From NCBI GenBank assembly GCA_964106645.2, contig OZ067044.1: DNA of 64,000 nt; one strand, written 5' to 3'. This stretch comes from Podarcis pityusensis. Its lineage: Eukaryota. Of this stretch, positions 39,674-51,789 are shown in pieces. How positions within the stretch are numbered: the stretch's first letter is position 1; each line of letters begins with the position of its first letter. The notes beneath the pieces were generated by a model, which worked only from the letters and a program-made list of their open reading frames with translations, ran no database searches and was not told the origin of the DNA. The translations under genes were made by a program, and so were the position numbers.

Positions 39674-42097
39674 CAGGGCTATGACTGGATCACCATCATT
39701 AAAATTTAAATCTTCACCAGATATGATAGGATTCTTTACCTCACAAGTCTGTTGATTGCTCAGAGTATTGGAATAATTTGCCTTGGAAATACTAAATTGG
39801 CTTTTCTTAGAGCCTGAAGTCAGAGAAACCTCCTGGCAGTAGGAGTGCAGAAATGCTCGGACTCCGTCAATCCCCACAAACTGTGAGATAGGAGCACCAC
39901 TGAAATTCACACTCCCCGTCTCAAGCAGCTGAGAATTTCTCCACTTGTGCAACTTGATGGCCAGTAACACAAGGAGGAAAGTGAAGAACAAGCAAGAGAC
40001 AAAAGCCACTGCAAGGACCAGGTAGAAGGTGAGGTCAGACGGAGGATCTACAGGAGCTGAGATGCTGCTCAGGTCTGAGAGGATTGCAGGGATGGTGTCA
40101 GCCAGCACCACAGTCAGAGTGGCTGAAGCAGAGAGAGGTGGCTGCCCATTGTCCTTCACTAAAACCACCAGGCTTTGCTTGAGGGCATCTTTCTCCAGAA
40201 AGAAGCGGGCCGTCCTGATCTCTCCCGTGTGGAGCCCCATAGTGAAGAGCCCCGGCTCGGTGGCCTTGATCAGCTGGTAGGAGAGCCAGGCATTCTGGCC
40301 AGAGTCCGCATCCACGGCCACCACCTTAGTGACCAGGTAGCCTGGCTCAGAGGAGCGAGGGGCCAGCTCTATCCCTGTGGAACCATCAGTGGGAGGGGAG
40401 GGGTACAGGATTTGGGGAGCATTGTCATTCTGGTCCAGGATGAAGAGAGTCACTGAGACGTTGGAGCTGAGTGGTGGAGAACCTCCATCCTGAGCCTTTA
40501 CACGGAACCGAATGTCTCGAAAGTCTTCATAATCAAAGGAGGTCAGAGCATATATAACCCCCGTCTCAGAGTTAATGGAAAGGTAGGACGAGAGGCGGGA
40601 GTCACTTCTTTGGTCATCAGTGATGGAATATGTTATTCTGGCATTTTCTTCCCAGTCAAGATCATTTGCTCTTATAGAAGAGACCATGGCTCCTCTTTGG
40701 TTATTCTCAACAAAATAGAAAGTGTAGTCTGTTTTTTCAAAGAGGGGTGGGTTGTCATTTGTGTCTAAAACATGAAGTGTGACAACTGTGACTGTAGAAA
40801 GAGGGGGGACTCCATGGTCAGTAACAGTGACAGTAATATTGAAGACAGACACCTGTTCCCTGTCAAGAGCACCATCAGTCACCAAACTGTAAAAGTTATC
40901 CATGGACTTCTTTAGCTGAAAAGGGAGATTGCTAGGGATTGAACATGTGATTTCTCCATTGATTCCTGAATCTCGGTCTTGGACATTTAAAATGGCAATC
41001 ACCGTTTGGGATGGTGAACTTTCAAGTATGGTGTTGGTGGCAAAGGTAACTGATAATTGAGGTGCATTGTCATTCAGATCCATAACAGATATCACAACTT
41101 TTGACCTGTCACTCAGCCTTCCTCCATCTTTTGCTTGTATCTCAAATGCATATAAAGATGATTCCTCATAATCAAGATTCCCAATAAGGATGATTTCACC
41201 TGTTGTGGAATTTAACAGAAACATTTGGGAGTCCTTCTTTGTGATTTTTTGGAAAAAGTATTTAATGTCTCCATTGATTCCTTCATCCATATCAGTTGCT
41301 CTCACTGTCAAAAGTGTGGACCACTTGGGAATATTCTCATTCACACTCACTTCGTAGAGAGGTTGGCTGAAAACTGGTGCATTGTCATTTGCATCAAGGA
41401 CAGCGATGTGGATTTGTAATGTGCCAGATCTGATGGGATCACCTCCATCAGTAGCTATGAGAAGCAAATCGTAAGCTGATTGTTCCTCTCTGTCCAGTGA
41501 CTTTTCCAACACAAGTTCTGCAAGTCTGACACCATTTTCTTCTGTTTGCACATGCAAAGCAAAATGGCTACTGCCTGTGAGTTGGTAGCTCTGCACTGAA
41601 TTTATCCCCCAGTCTGGATCTTGAGCTTCAGGAAGAGGAACCTGGAATCCAGGTATAGATGCCTCACTGATTTCCAGCTCCTGTTCCCATAGAGGGAAGT
41701 GGGGAGCATTATCATTTATATCCGTAATTTCCACTTCAATTCCATAAAGCTTCAGTTTGCTTTCAACAAGAACCTGAAACTTCAACAAACATTTCTCTGC
41801 CTCTCCACAAATTTCCTCTCTATCTATTCTCTCAGATATCTGCAAATGGCCATTGTTGGCATTCAAAGAAAAGTACTGAATCATACCTACAGGAGAAACA
41901 ATGCGCAGTCCATGGTTTGGGAGCTGCTTGCCATCCATTCCCAGGTCCTTTGCAACATTCCCCACGGAAGAGCCTTTGTGCAACTCTTCTGGAATGGAGT
42001 AGTGGATCTGCCCAGAAACTGCCTTCCAAGAAAACATCATGAAAAGGCACTGGAAGATTCCCTTTCTGCAGTTCCACAGCCTCTGAGTTCCTTCCAT
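39674..42097 (-). CDS. PCDHGA: Protocadherin gamma-A-type variable exon (808 codons; unspliced stop at 39665)
   Basis: Intact 810-aa ORF. Donor CTG|GTGAGT at 39674. Confidence 0.95.
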
Positions 42098-42284
42098 CCT
42101 TGCAGCAGGTTAAAGGCCCTTCAATTCTGATTCAAATGCTGCTGTATCCAACTCTATTCTAAGGAAAATGTACATCCATTTCTTCTTTACACTGACAAGC
42201 AGCTTGTTCCTTCAGATATTTTGTGTTTGTGTTTAACGGAAAGGCAACTTTGATTGGGCAGGATTTCACATTTCTGCTCCATTC

Positions 42285-42324
42285 TGGTGAACAGTGACAC
42301 CCAGAGGATCAAGCCCAAACTGCA
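42285..42324 (-). promoter_or_regulatory. Pcdh CSE / CTCF site (CACT variant)
   Basis: Identical to the element at 2253. Confidence 0.85.
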
Positions 42325-43980
42325 AAAACTTCACTTTTGAAAATTAAATAAACACCATTTCACTGTACTATTATATTATAATATTATAAACATTATAAAT
42401 GAAGATATAGCTAGGATAACTATGTATATTTTTCTATATTCTTTATTTTTTTCCTTCAAATTTACCCACTATAGATAAAGAAGAGTGACAACTTTTGCTG
42501 TTGTAAACAAACTGAAATGGAGCAGGAAAGACAAGAGTGTTTAGGGTTCCTGCCCTACCCCATTACTGGAAATTCTGGAATGAATTGAATTCTGAAATAT
42601 TGAACTTTCTCAGCAATGTTATTTGCTGGATATTAAAAAGATTCATTTTGGATGCAGAAAAAAGAATAGTAAGCCTCTGGTACTTCTTATTTTCTTTGTG
42701 TCAGTGTAATGTTTGTAGTTGTAAAGTGAGGAAACTGATATGCTGACACACAGTTCTTTCCTGCTGTTTTCATGGGGAAACAGAGGCATCCATGTGCAAA
42801 AAGGCTGACAGAGTTGTGGCATTAGCCAATGACATTCATTGTTGTGTGATACCAAATACGCTGGTGTGCATGAAATTCAGCACAACTTGCTGGTATATCA
42901 GTCAAAAACCGCAGTTCCTTAGCACAGCAGGTACCACAGTGAAAAGAACAGGACAGAAATGCTGCCATTAAACGCAGGAAAAATAACTAATGCAATATTC
43001 CCCACAAATTTGAATGCAGCCTCTCCCCCTACCCCAATATCATAACATTGATCTACTTTTCTGGGTTATTGTAAGAGTTACACAGCACTATATGTGAAGC
43101 GCCTTGAACATTCTTAACACTAGGTATTACTGCACAGAGCAAAGAAGTAAAATGGCTACATTCTCTGTAATTTATTGCCACTGCTTATCTGGAAAGGGCT
43201 GGGCTTCAGTCACGGCAAGGTTAGGGCCATGCAGGTGCACCAGCAGGAATGCCAGATTGGTTGCTGACAGAAGCATACAGACCCGGCCACACTGCTGCCT
43301 CATCCACAGCTCCAGCTTATCACAAACACCACTACTGTGGATGGATAACAATGGTAGCTTAGAAGCACACATGTGAAAACTGGATGTCCAACTCAGAAGA
43401 GAGCTTTATTAAAAACTAGCATGTGAGGGCTTGTTAAACAGCAGAGGTAGGTGGGTTTCGGCCATCTTCTTTGGAGAGCTTGATGTTGTGCTTCTTATTC
43501 TACAAGATTAAACTGCTAAAACTGAATTTGGCCATTAGCAGGAGGGACAAGACACTGAATTATCCACTAGATAATGCCAACAAATGTTCTTTTAACATTA
43601 GTCTTCATCTTTCCTAATGGAATATACACTGGTGGTGAACATGACCCAGCTTTAAAGTACAGCAATTACAGGATGTGCAGATGTATGTCCTGGCCAGATT
43701 GACTCTCCATAAGAAAACATTCCATGCCAAAGAGTTAAAAGGGCATCTGCCATTGGTAGCTGTGACTCAATAGTCATTTGTCCCCTATATTTCTACAGTA
43801 TGGAAGCATGACTAGAGATGGTATAAGTAGAAATACTAACCACATGCTCCACATCCACACATCCTTACATACAAAGTGTTCACTACAACTGTTACAGTTT
43901 GTCATAATCTCTAATGCAAATGCCAAGGAAAGGAATGCCAGTACTTTGGGATTGCATCCGCACTGGACATCAGTAATATA

Positions 43981-44222
43981 CAGTGGTACCTCAGGTTAAG
44001 TACTTAATTCGTTCTGGAGGTCCGTTCTTAACCTGAAACTGTTCTTAACCTGAATCACCACTTTAGCTAATGGGACCTCCCGCTGCTGACGAGCCGCTGG
44101 AGCCCAATTTCTGTTCTTATCCTGAAGCAAAGTTCTTAACCTGAAGCACTATTTCTGGGTTAGCGGAGTGTGTAACCTGAAGCGTATGTAACCTGAAGTG
44201 TATGTAACCCGAGGTACCACTG
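43981..44222. mobile_element. Tigger-like MITE
   Basis: TA-cagtggtacctcaggtta...taacccgaggtaccactg-TA. Reverse-complement paralog of 24613-24854. Confidence 0.9.
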
Positions 44223-45287
44223 TATAAGAGAATACAGGACCTGGCCAGGGCAGGAGCCGGGGGGGGGGGCAGGGGATAGTTTCAGGTTCATGATACGGTC
44301 ATGTTTGGTTTAGGGTATTTGTAAATTCAGGGACCATTTCCAGTATATACATATCTTGGAAGCGGGGGGATATGTGCATATTATTTAATTTTTTATTTAA
44401 AATAATTCTATAGTCCCCCCATCACTACCCCCCCCAAAAGAGTGGTATACAACATCTCTAGAAATCATGCCAAGAGAAACTCCCTTTTGATGTCACTCTT
44501 CTACACAGGTTGTACATGAGCATTTTTCATTCTACAAACAGCATGCAGTCACAGGACCTAAGAAATGCTTGTACAACTGATAGCTTCCATAAGAGCTCCA
44601 CCACTTAATATGTTGTGCTATTCTCATCAGACCCAAATCCCAAGCTGTGTCTGTGACAGGAACACAATATCCAAATGCTATGTAAGATTATTTGTATATA
44701 TGAGAACCAAATAAAGTTATTCTAAAACGTTTAGTGATTAATTAATCCTTTACTCTCATTAAATAATCCAACCCATGAAAAGCTCCACAAACATTTCATA
44801 AAATTCAGTTGAAAAACTTTACCAATTACTAGGAAATTTACCAACTTATTTAAAGAATATTCTATGAAAGACTTTTTGGTATTTCTTCTTGTAAATTTCT
44901 TAAAGGACAGAATGTGAAAATAGCTACATATTCAATTGCATTTGTACTGCAAAGATAAGAAGAAGAAGAAAACATCATTCTGTCCACTCAGCCATGCTGC
45001 ACCACACTGTAATCTTGGCACGACACCAAGTTACCATGCAGATGTGTACCTGGACAATTCTGACAAAGCCTCCGCCATCCTGCTGTGCTGCCCCTCAATA
45101 GCTGCTGGAAGGTCCAATTAGCTGGCTCTACAGCAGTAGCAGCTCAATACTACTCCCTATCTACTTCCCTGATGACATGGTCTGAATTCTCTGGGATGCC
45201 AGTTTGATAACATCCACTGTTTACAATTAAACTCTCAAACAAGTGATAACACCAAATTCCCTATAAGGAACATGCAATATAACTCAC

Positions 45288-47717
45288 CGTGCTGTCATTT
45301 TCCTTCTCAGAAATTAAATTGCCTCCACTGACCATCAAAGAAATGTCAGAGTTGCCATTGCAAAGGATGTTCTCTGCTATTTGGACAGTGGGCTGCAGGA
45401 ATGTCAGCTCATTCCTCCTGGATTCAGAGGACAGACAGACCTGGTAGGAATAAGGCAAAGTTCCGTCCTCATAATTGGGTGGGAATATGGCACCAGCCTT
45501 TGAATGGGGGTCAGGAATAAAGCACTGAAGGAAAGTGGGGTTCCTTGACCTTCGAAGCTTCATCAGAATGGTCAGTATCACCGTCACCAGGAACAAGAAG
45601 GACACCAAGGTCAAGGCTAATACCAAATAAAACTGTAGATCAGACTGATACTCTGAGTCATTTGGTTGGGAGTTCATTTCTGGAAGAGCCTCCTGGAAGT
45701 TCTCAGCAAACACCAGGCTCAAAGTTGTGGTGGCTGAGAGAGGAGGATGCCCATTGTCCTTCACCAGAATGACCAGCCTCTGCTTCACTGCATCTCTCTC
45801 AAGTAATGCTCGGACTGTTTGCACCTCTCCTGTGTGGGAGCCAATGCTGAAGAGTGAGGGCTCTGTGGCCTGCAGGAGATGGAAGGAGAGCCAGGCATTG
45901 TGTCCCGAATCAGAGTCCACGGCCACCACCTTCGTCACCAGATAACCCGACTCAGCTGACCGAGGCACCATCTCAAAGAAAGGGGAGCCCTCTGTTGATT
46001 GTGAGGGGTACAGGATCTGCGGAGCGTTATCATTTTGATCCAAAACACATACTGTCACTGTGGCACTGCTATTGAGTGGTGGAGAACCTCCATCTTGGAC
46101 CTTCACTTGAATCTGAAACTCCCTGAATAGCTCATAGTCAAAGGAGCGTTGGGCATAGATGATCCCAGTCTCAGAGTTAATGGAGACATAGGAGGAAAGA
46201 GGCAGGTCCTTGATGTTGCTGTGAAGGATGGAGTAAGTGATTCTGGCATTGCGATCCAGATCTGGGTCAGAGGCCTTGATGTGGAAAATTGAAGCTCCAG
46301 ATGGGTTGTTCTCTGGAACATAGGCAGTGTAGGAAGATTTGTCAAAGGCTGGTGGGTTATCATTGATATCTGAGATCTGTATTGATATGGATTTGTGTGT
46401 GGAGAGTGGAGGTGTGCCTTTGTCTGTGGCTATGATTGTAATATTATACTCTGGAGTCCTTTCTCTGTCAAGCGCACCATCTATGAGGAGCTTGAAGTAA
46501 TTACTCGAAGATGAGACTATCAGGAAAGGTACAAGTTCCTTCAGGTGACAGATGACTTCTCCGTTATCCCCAGAATCCCTGTCCTGAACTTTAATGAGAG
46601 CAATCACAGCTCCAGATGTGACATCTTCTGGAACTGGGCTGGACACGGAGGTAAGGATCACATCTGGAGCATTGTCATTCTCATCAAGAACCTCAATCTC
46701 CACATTACAATGTGCCACCAATCCTCCTCCATCACTTGCCTGAATTATCATCACATATTTTTGCCTGTCCTCAAAATCAACACTTTCTATGAGTGTGATT
46801 GTTCCATCTCTGGGATCTAGATGAAACTTCTGTTTGGCTGTTTTTGGGATGTCACTGAAAGTGTAAGTGATCTCAGCATTTGACCCTTCATCACTGTCAG
46901 ATGCTTTGACTTGAAGCACAGAGGTTCCTTTGGGTGCACTCTCCTTCAGGCTCACTTTATAGATTGTCTGGGTGAAAACAGGGGCATTGTCATTAGCATC
47001 AAGAACTGTTACCAATATTTTGGCTGTTCCGGTTTTTGGAGGTTCTCCACCATCCATGGCTGTAAGGACCATGTGGTGCATCTCTTCTTTTTCCCTGTCC
47101 AGTTGTTTCTGCAGTATTAATTCTGCATATTTTCCGCCGTCATTGCTGTTTTGAATTTCTAGTTTGAAATATGGAGTTGAGCTCAACTGATAATTCTGGA
47201 GGGAGTTCATTCCGATATCATCATCTTCAGCATTTCCAAGAGCAAATCGAGTTCCCGGCAGAGTAGATTCACTAAATTTAAGCTCAATATTTTCATTCCG
47301 GAAATGTGGAGCATTGTCATTAGTATCCTGAATAAAAATATTTACGTGGAAAATATTCAAAGGATTTTGTGCTACAACTTCTAGTTTTATGACACAAGTA
47401 GATGATTCCCCACAAATCTCTTCCCGGTCTATCCTCTCATTCACATACAGGTTGCCATTTTGTTCATTCAGATCAAAGAATTGCTTTTCTGAAGAAATAC
47501 CAAGCTTGCGCTTTGACAGCTCTCTGACATCCAACCCCAGATCTTTAGCAAGATTCCCCACAAAGGAGCCCTGCTCTGCTTCCTCTGGAACTGAATACTG
47601 AACCTGCTCAGACACCACCTGGCAGAAGAACACAGACCAGAATATGAATAGAAACAGTACTTGCCTCCTGGTGATCTTCCTTGTTCTCTCTGCCTGCTTT
47701 ACTTCCATCACATCCAT
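45288..47717 (-). CDS. PCDHGB: Protocadherin gamma-B-type variable exon (810 codons; unspliced stop at 45261)
   Basis: Intact 818-aa ORF. Donor ACG|GTGAGT at 45288. Confidence 0.95.
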
Positions 47718-47942
47718 TGCCTTTCCTGATTTCTTCCTGCTTTCAGTACAGTTTTCAAGACTCCCAGTACACTTATTTGAGATAATAGAAATATTCTTCT
47801 TTTCAGCTGATCCTTGGGAAACTGAGAGCTTTCCTTTCTTGAGCAGCTTTTAAAATAAAAGCTTTTCCTTTCTGCTCAGCTGAAGTGTTAAGAGACACTG
47901 CTCTAAGAGTCTCGGAAATGCTGAGCCATGGCTGCTCCCATG

Positions 47943-47983
47943 TTGTCCAACAGTGACACTCTGAGTCCACATGGGGAACTGTA
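47943..47983 (-). promoter_or_regulatory. Pcdh CSE / CTCF site (CACT variant)
   Basis: Plus strand ttgtccaacagtgacactctgagtccacatggggaactgta. Confidence 0.82.
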
Positions 47984-48286
47984 TTTGCTTATTTTCATGT
48001 TTATAATTCTATATTGCTATTTCCCCCTGATATCTATGGAGAATTGTGAATGACTAAAAATTCTTTCACTGGTTGTCCAAATGTACTTTAGTATCGCTTG
48101 ATTAGAAGTCACATAAGCTTAATTCAGATTTGTTTTTCATTGCATACAAACTGTTATTTTAATATTTTTATTGTTTTTCCTGGTAGATGATAATGACACT
48201 TTAGGGTGTTTTTGATGGAGCATAAACACAAGCAGTTGCCAGCAGAAGAAAACCATGCAATAATTCAGAAAGCCTACATCCCTGCC

Positions 48287-48499
48287 TAGGGCTGCCATAC
48301 GTTCGGATTTCCCTGGACGTTACTAGGATTTCAAAGGCGGAATTGACATCTTGGGGGAATTTCCAAGAGTTGGCGCTTTGTCCTCGTTCTTATTCAAGTC
48401 AATCGCAAAATCATGGTTTTAGGGGTGTTTTTGTCTAGAAAAAGCTCAACAAGTTTCAGGTTTTCCTAAAAACAATTGTGGGATGCCCTGGCAACCCTA
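48287..48499. mobile_element. hAT-type MITE with a perfect 8-bp TSD
   Basis: TIR tagggctgcca...tggcaacccta. TSD tccctgcc at 48279-48286 and 48500-48507. Confidence 0.88.
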
Positions 48500-49239
48500 T
48501 CCCTGCCAGAATTCTGGTGATTTGGCCTTTATTTAATTATGAACTTGTTTAGCAAATTTAAATTTTGTATTTTGTTCTGTCTTTAAGATTTTGGTGCATT
48601 GTGTGCTTTATTTCTGTTCTATTGGCCATAATAAAATGCTGAAAAAGAAATTTAAATTCACTTTAGCACAGGATAACTCTTTCATTCTTTAGTCTTATGT
48701 ATATTCATTTGACATTTTTCTCATATGTTTGTAATCTTCCCTGTGGCATCTGGCTGACCACTGCTGCACTAGAGGAAGTTTTGGATGATACATCTTTCCT
48801 TACGATTCTGTGTGATGATTCCTAATTCCTTAGGTGGTGAATTATTCAATATTCTCCCTTTGACTTTTTTGGATGCTTTTCCATGGTATTTCCAAGAAGA
48901 CCCATATGATCCTTTTGAATAATTGGTTTTTCGTTTCTGTTTTCATAGTATTGGTACTTAATTCTATTCAACCTTTGTAGTAAAATTTTATTACAGTTTT
49001 TACATTGCAATCCTATACCAACTTACCTGGGTATAAACTCCATTGAAGTCAATGAGACAAAAGTTTTGTTAGATGTATTGCGTTTTTGGATTGCTTTGGC
49101 ACATGTGGAAGTTTACTGTAATTAATCAGGAATGTTTATGACATGAAGAAAAAGCTTCTACACAAGTGCATTCAAAGTGTGCACTACTCTGTCAGAATTT
49201 CAATTTGTCAGACTGTAAACTGAAATGTAATAATTAATC

Positions 49240-49273
49240 GTAGTAGTAGTAGTAGTAGTAGTAACAGTAGTAG
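49240..49273 (+). repeat. (TAG)n microsatellite
   Basis: Seen directly. Confidence 0.9.
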
Positions 49274-49663
49274 TTTTGAACTGAGAACTTTCGTTTCTGC
49301 CATTATTGTATCAGTGCAGAGCCATTCAGCAGAGAGGATTTGAGTGATGAGAAACTTTCTTTAGGGGGTCTAAGATATATCCAGAACTGCTTGTATCCAC
49401 TCTTGACTTGAATGCAATCATAGATTCAGAATGATTTTCTAGCATTCTATGGGTCTTATTGTTGATATTAATTTGATAGGTTAAATTCTTATTGCCTGAA
49501 AACGTGGAGTTATCAGTGAATAGTAACACCATTGTTCAGTGAAGAAAGATTAGCCAAATGCATAGACTAAAACACAATGCATACACATAGCAAAATGAAT
49601 CTATATTTGACTAATGACTCAGTCCAGCAAGGTAGATTAGAGGATGGATGCCTCCTTCTAGCA

Positions 49664-49784
49664 CAGGCATCCGCAAACTCGGCCCTCCAGATGTTTTGGG
49701 ACTACAACTCCCATCATCCTTAGCTAGCAGGACCAGTGGTCAGGGATGATGGGAATTGTAGTCCTAAAACATTTGGAGGGCCTG
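49664..49784. mobile_element. Palindromic URR1-like hAT MITE
   Basis: Long inverted arms ggccctccagatgttttgggactacaactcccatcatcc / ggatgatgggaattgtagtcctaaaacatttggagggcc. TSD ttctagca / ttccagca (7/8 match). Confidence 0.82.
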
Positions 49785-50034
49785 TTCCAGCACATGGCTC
49801 CTGGTTTGGGATTGGGAACTGTAATGCAGGCAGGATAGGGCAGCTATTTCAGCATGCAATTCCCATCAGCACTCAAAGTGCATATAGCAACACCACCTTT
49901 CCTTCCAGGCTTAGAGGTACTTTATGCCTACTGTGAGCAATATTTACTTGCACTTAACTAGGCACAAGTTACACCTATTTAAGAATAGTGGTCGGCAAAG
50001 AGAACCAGAAGATCATGTTACCACAGGAAAATGT

Positions 50035-50330
50035 ATTTATTTGTTCAAAATAGGTTCATCTCAGCTTTTAGTCCAGGGACTTCCAAAGCAGATCACAACT
50101 TGAATGAAAACAATTAATCAACCAACAGGGAGGTGGAAGAAATAATTGACAGTGTAATTGAACACAGAGGTATTCACAGCCTGTCAGTTAATGAGGGGGG
50201 CAATCAGACTTTCCAGGGGGGAGGCATTCCACAACAGAACAGAACAGAGGGCCAGAGGTAATCTGCCAGGGGCCGTATGCAGATGCTGGGCAAGACAAAA
50301 GCCAGTGGTGGACAGGGCTGAAGCCAAATG
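50035..50330 (-). mobile_element. Degenerate L2-like LINE 3' fragment
   Basis: tatttattt tail and a minus-strand LLWNASP remnant resembling the L2 LWNxLP motif. Confidence 0.45.
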
Positions 50331-50545
50331 TGGGCACAGTTGGGGGGAGGGGCCAAGACAAAAAAATAGGCCACCCCTTTCCCCCCCTCTTTCTGCTACC
50401 TTCTTTCCCCCTCTTTTCCCCTCCTTGCCACTCACCCACTGTGCCTTCTGGCTTGTGTCTCAGGCAATCAGACCTTCAGTTGCCATGTTTCAAACAGTGA
50501 AAACCCGGACAGAAAAGTTATTGGGCAAGATCGCAACTGCCAACA

Positions 50546-50652
50546 TGGGCTGCCATACGCCCGGATTTTCCCTAATTTTTTTCTGATTTCTGTCCAGATG
50601 ATGCTGACAAATTCTGGATATGTCTGGGAAATTCTGGACACATGGCAACCCA
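50546..50652. mobile_element. Short hAT MITE related to 48287-48499
   Basis: Termini tgggctgccatacg...tggcaaccca match the 48287 element. No clean TSD. Confidence 0.6.
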
Positions 50653-50983
50653 ACAGAACACAGAGCAAAGCCTAAGAAATAAATACAGTGGGCAGGCTGG
50701 TTTGTGTAGGTAGTTTGTTCAAATATCCTGCACAGAGCCAAACCACAATAAATTTCAAATATAAAATCCTTACTGTCATGTAAGCCCCAGTGGTTTAAGA
50801 AAACACAGATTGAAACCAATAAAGATTTCCCCACTAGTAAAATAAGATACTAGCTATAAGTGAAATAAAATAATTACCGACATGTCTCATTGCTTTGAAA
50901 AGGGTCAAGAAAAGAGATAAATGGGAAATTTATCTGTCAAGATTTGTAACTACATTTCCAATTAGAAGAAAAAGTTAGGACAC

Positions 50984-51351
50984 CTGGTCTCTGATTTCAT
51001 TTCCATTGTTCCAATCTAAATCCCCATTAGCAAAAATAGGATCCTTTACCTCCTAGGCCTGATCATTGGTCGCAGTATGGAAATAATTTGCCTTGGAAGT
51101 ATTAAACCTGTTTTTCCTAAAGGCAGTGTTAAGAGAAAGATCATCACAATAAGAGTAAAGAAATGTTTGGATTCCATCAATAGCCACAAACTGTGCGACA
51201 GGAGCACCACTGAAATTCACACTCCTTGACTCAAACAGTTGCAGTTTTCTCCATCCGTGCAACCTGATGGCCAGTAACACAAGGAGGAAAATGAAGAACA
51301 AGCAGGAAACAAAAGCCACTGCAGTCACCAGATAGATGAGATATGACTGAT
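50984..51351 (-). pseudogene. Relic of a gamma-A variable exon (TM + cytoplasmic part only)
   Basis: Translates as [26 protein letters not shown]...FSGAPVAQFVAIDG...SKANY, with an in-frame TAG at 51053 followed by EVKDPI. Degenerate donor CAG|GTGTCC at 50984. No EC domains or CSE upstream. Confidence 0.88.
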
Positions 51352-51789
51352 TCCCCACCCCACCCTGTCTCTGCTAGTGGTGTTTCTCTTTGGCAGGATC
51401 AGGAAGATATAGGCAGTTTGGGGGACTGCACTGACAGATGTGGAGGGTGCATGCAGCCCACTGGTTATCCACCTCTGTGCTACAGCCATGGAGAGAGAGC
51501 CCTGCTACCAAAAGTTCTGGTAAACCAAACTGTTCTAGAGACCTTGTTAATCATTATTAAACAATGGCACTAGCAGCCTTCAGGAATGCATCCTTAGCTT
51601 TAGCTAAACATGCAAAGGAGGGGCCTCGGGAAGAGATGTGCAATCTACACCATGCTGTGGTTCTTCTTAGTCTCCCATTCCTGGATGGTGATTGCCTGAG
51701 CCAGGAAACCTTTTGTACTCAGGAAAGTTTCCTATGCATTTTAGAATACTGGGAGATCGAATAGGAAGTACTGAAACTTATGTGCTCAC

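Larger units (their letters stand above)
40031..47990. repeat. Older third copy of the gammaA+spacer+gammaB cassette
   Basis: Exons and promoters near-identical to copies 1 and 2. The spacer at 42600-45100 is colinear but clearly more diverged. Confidence 0.85.
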
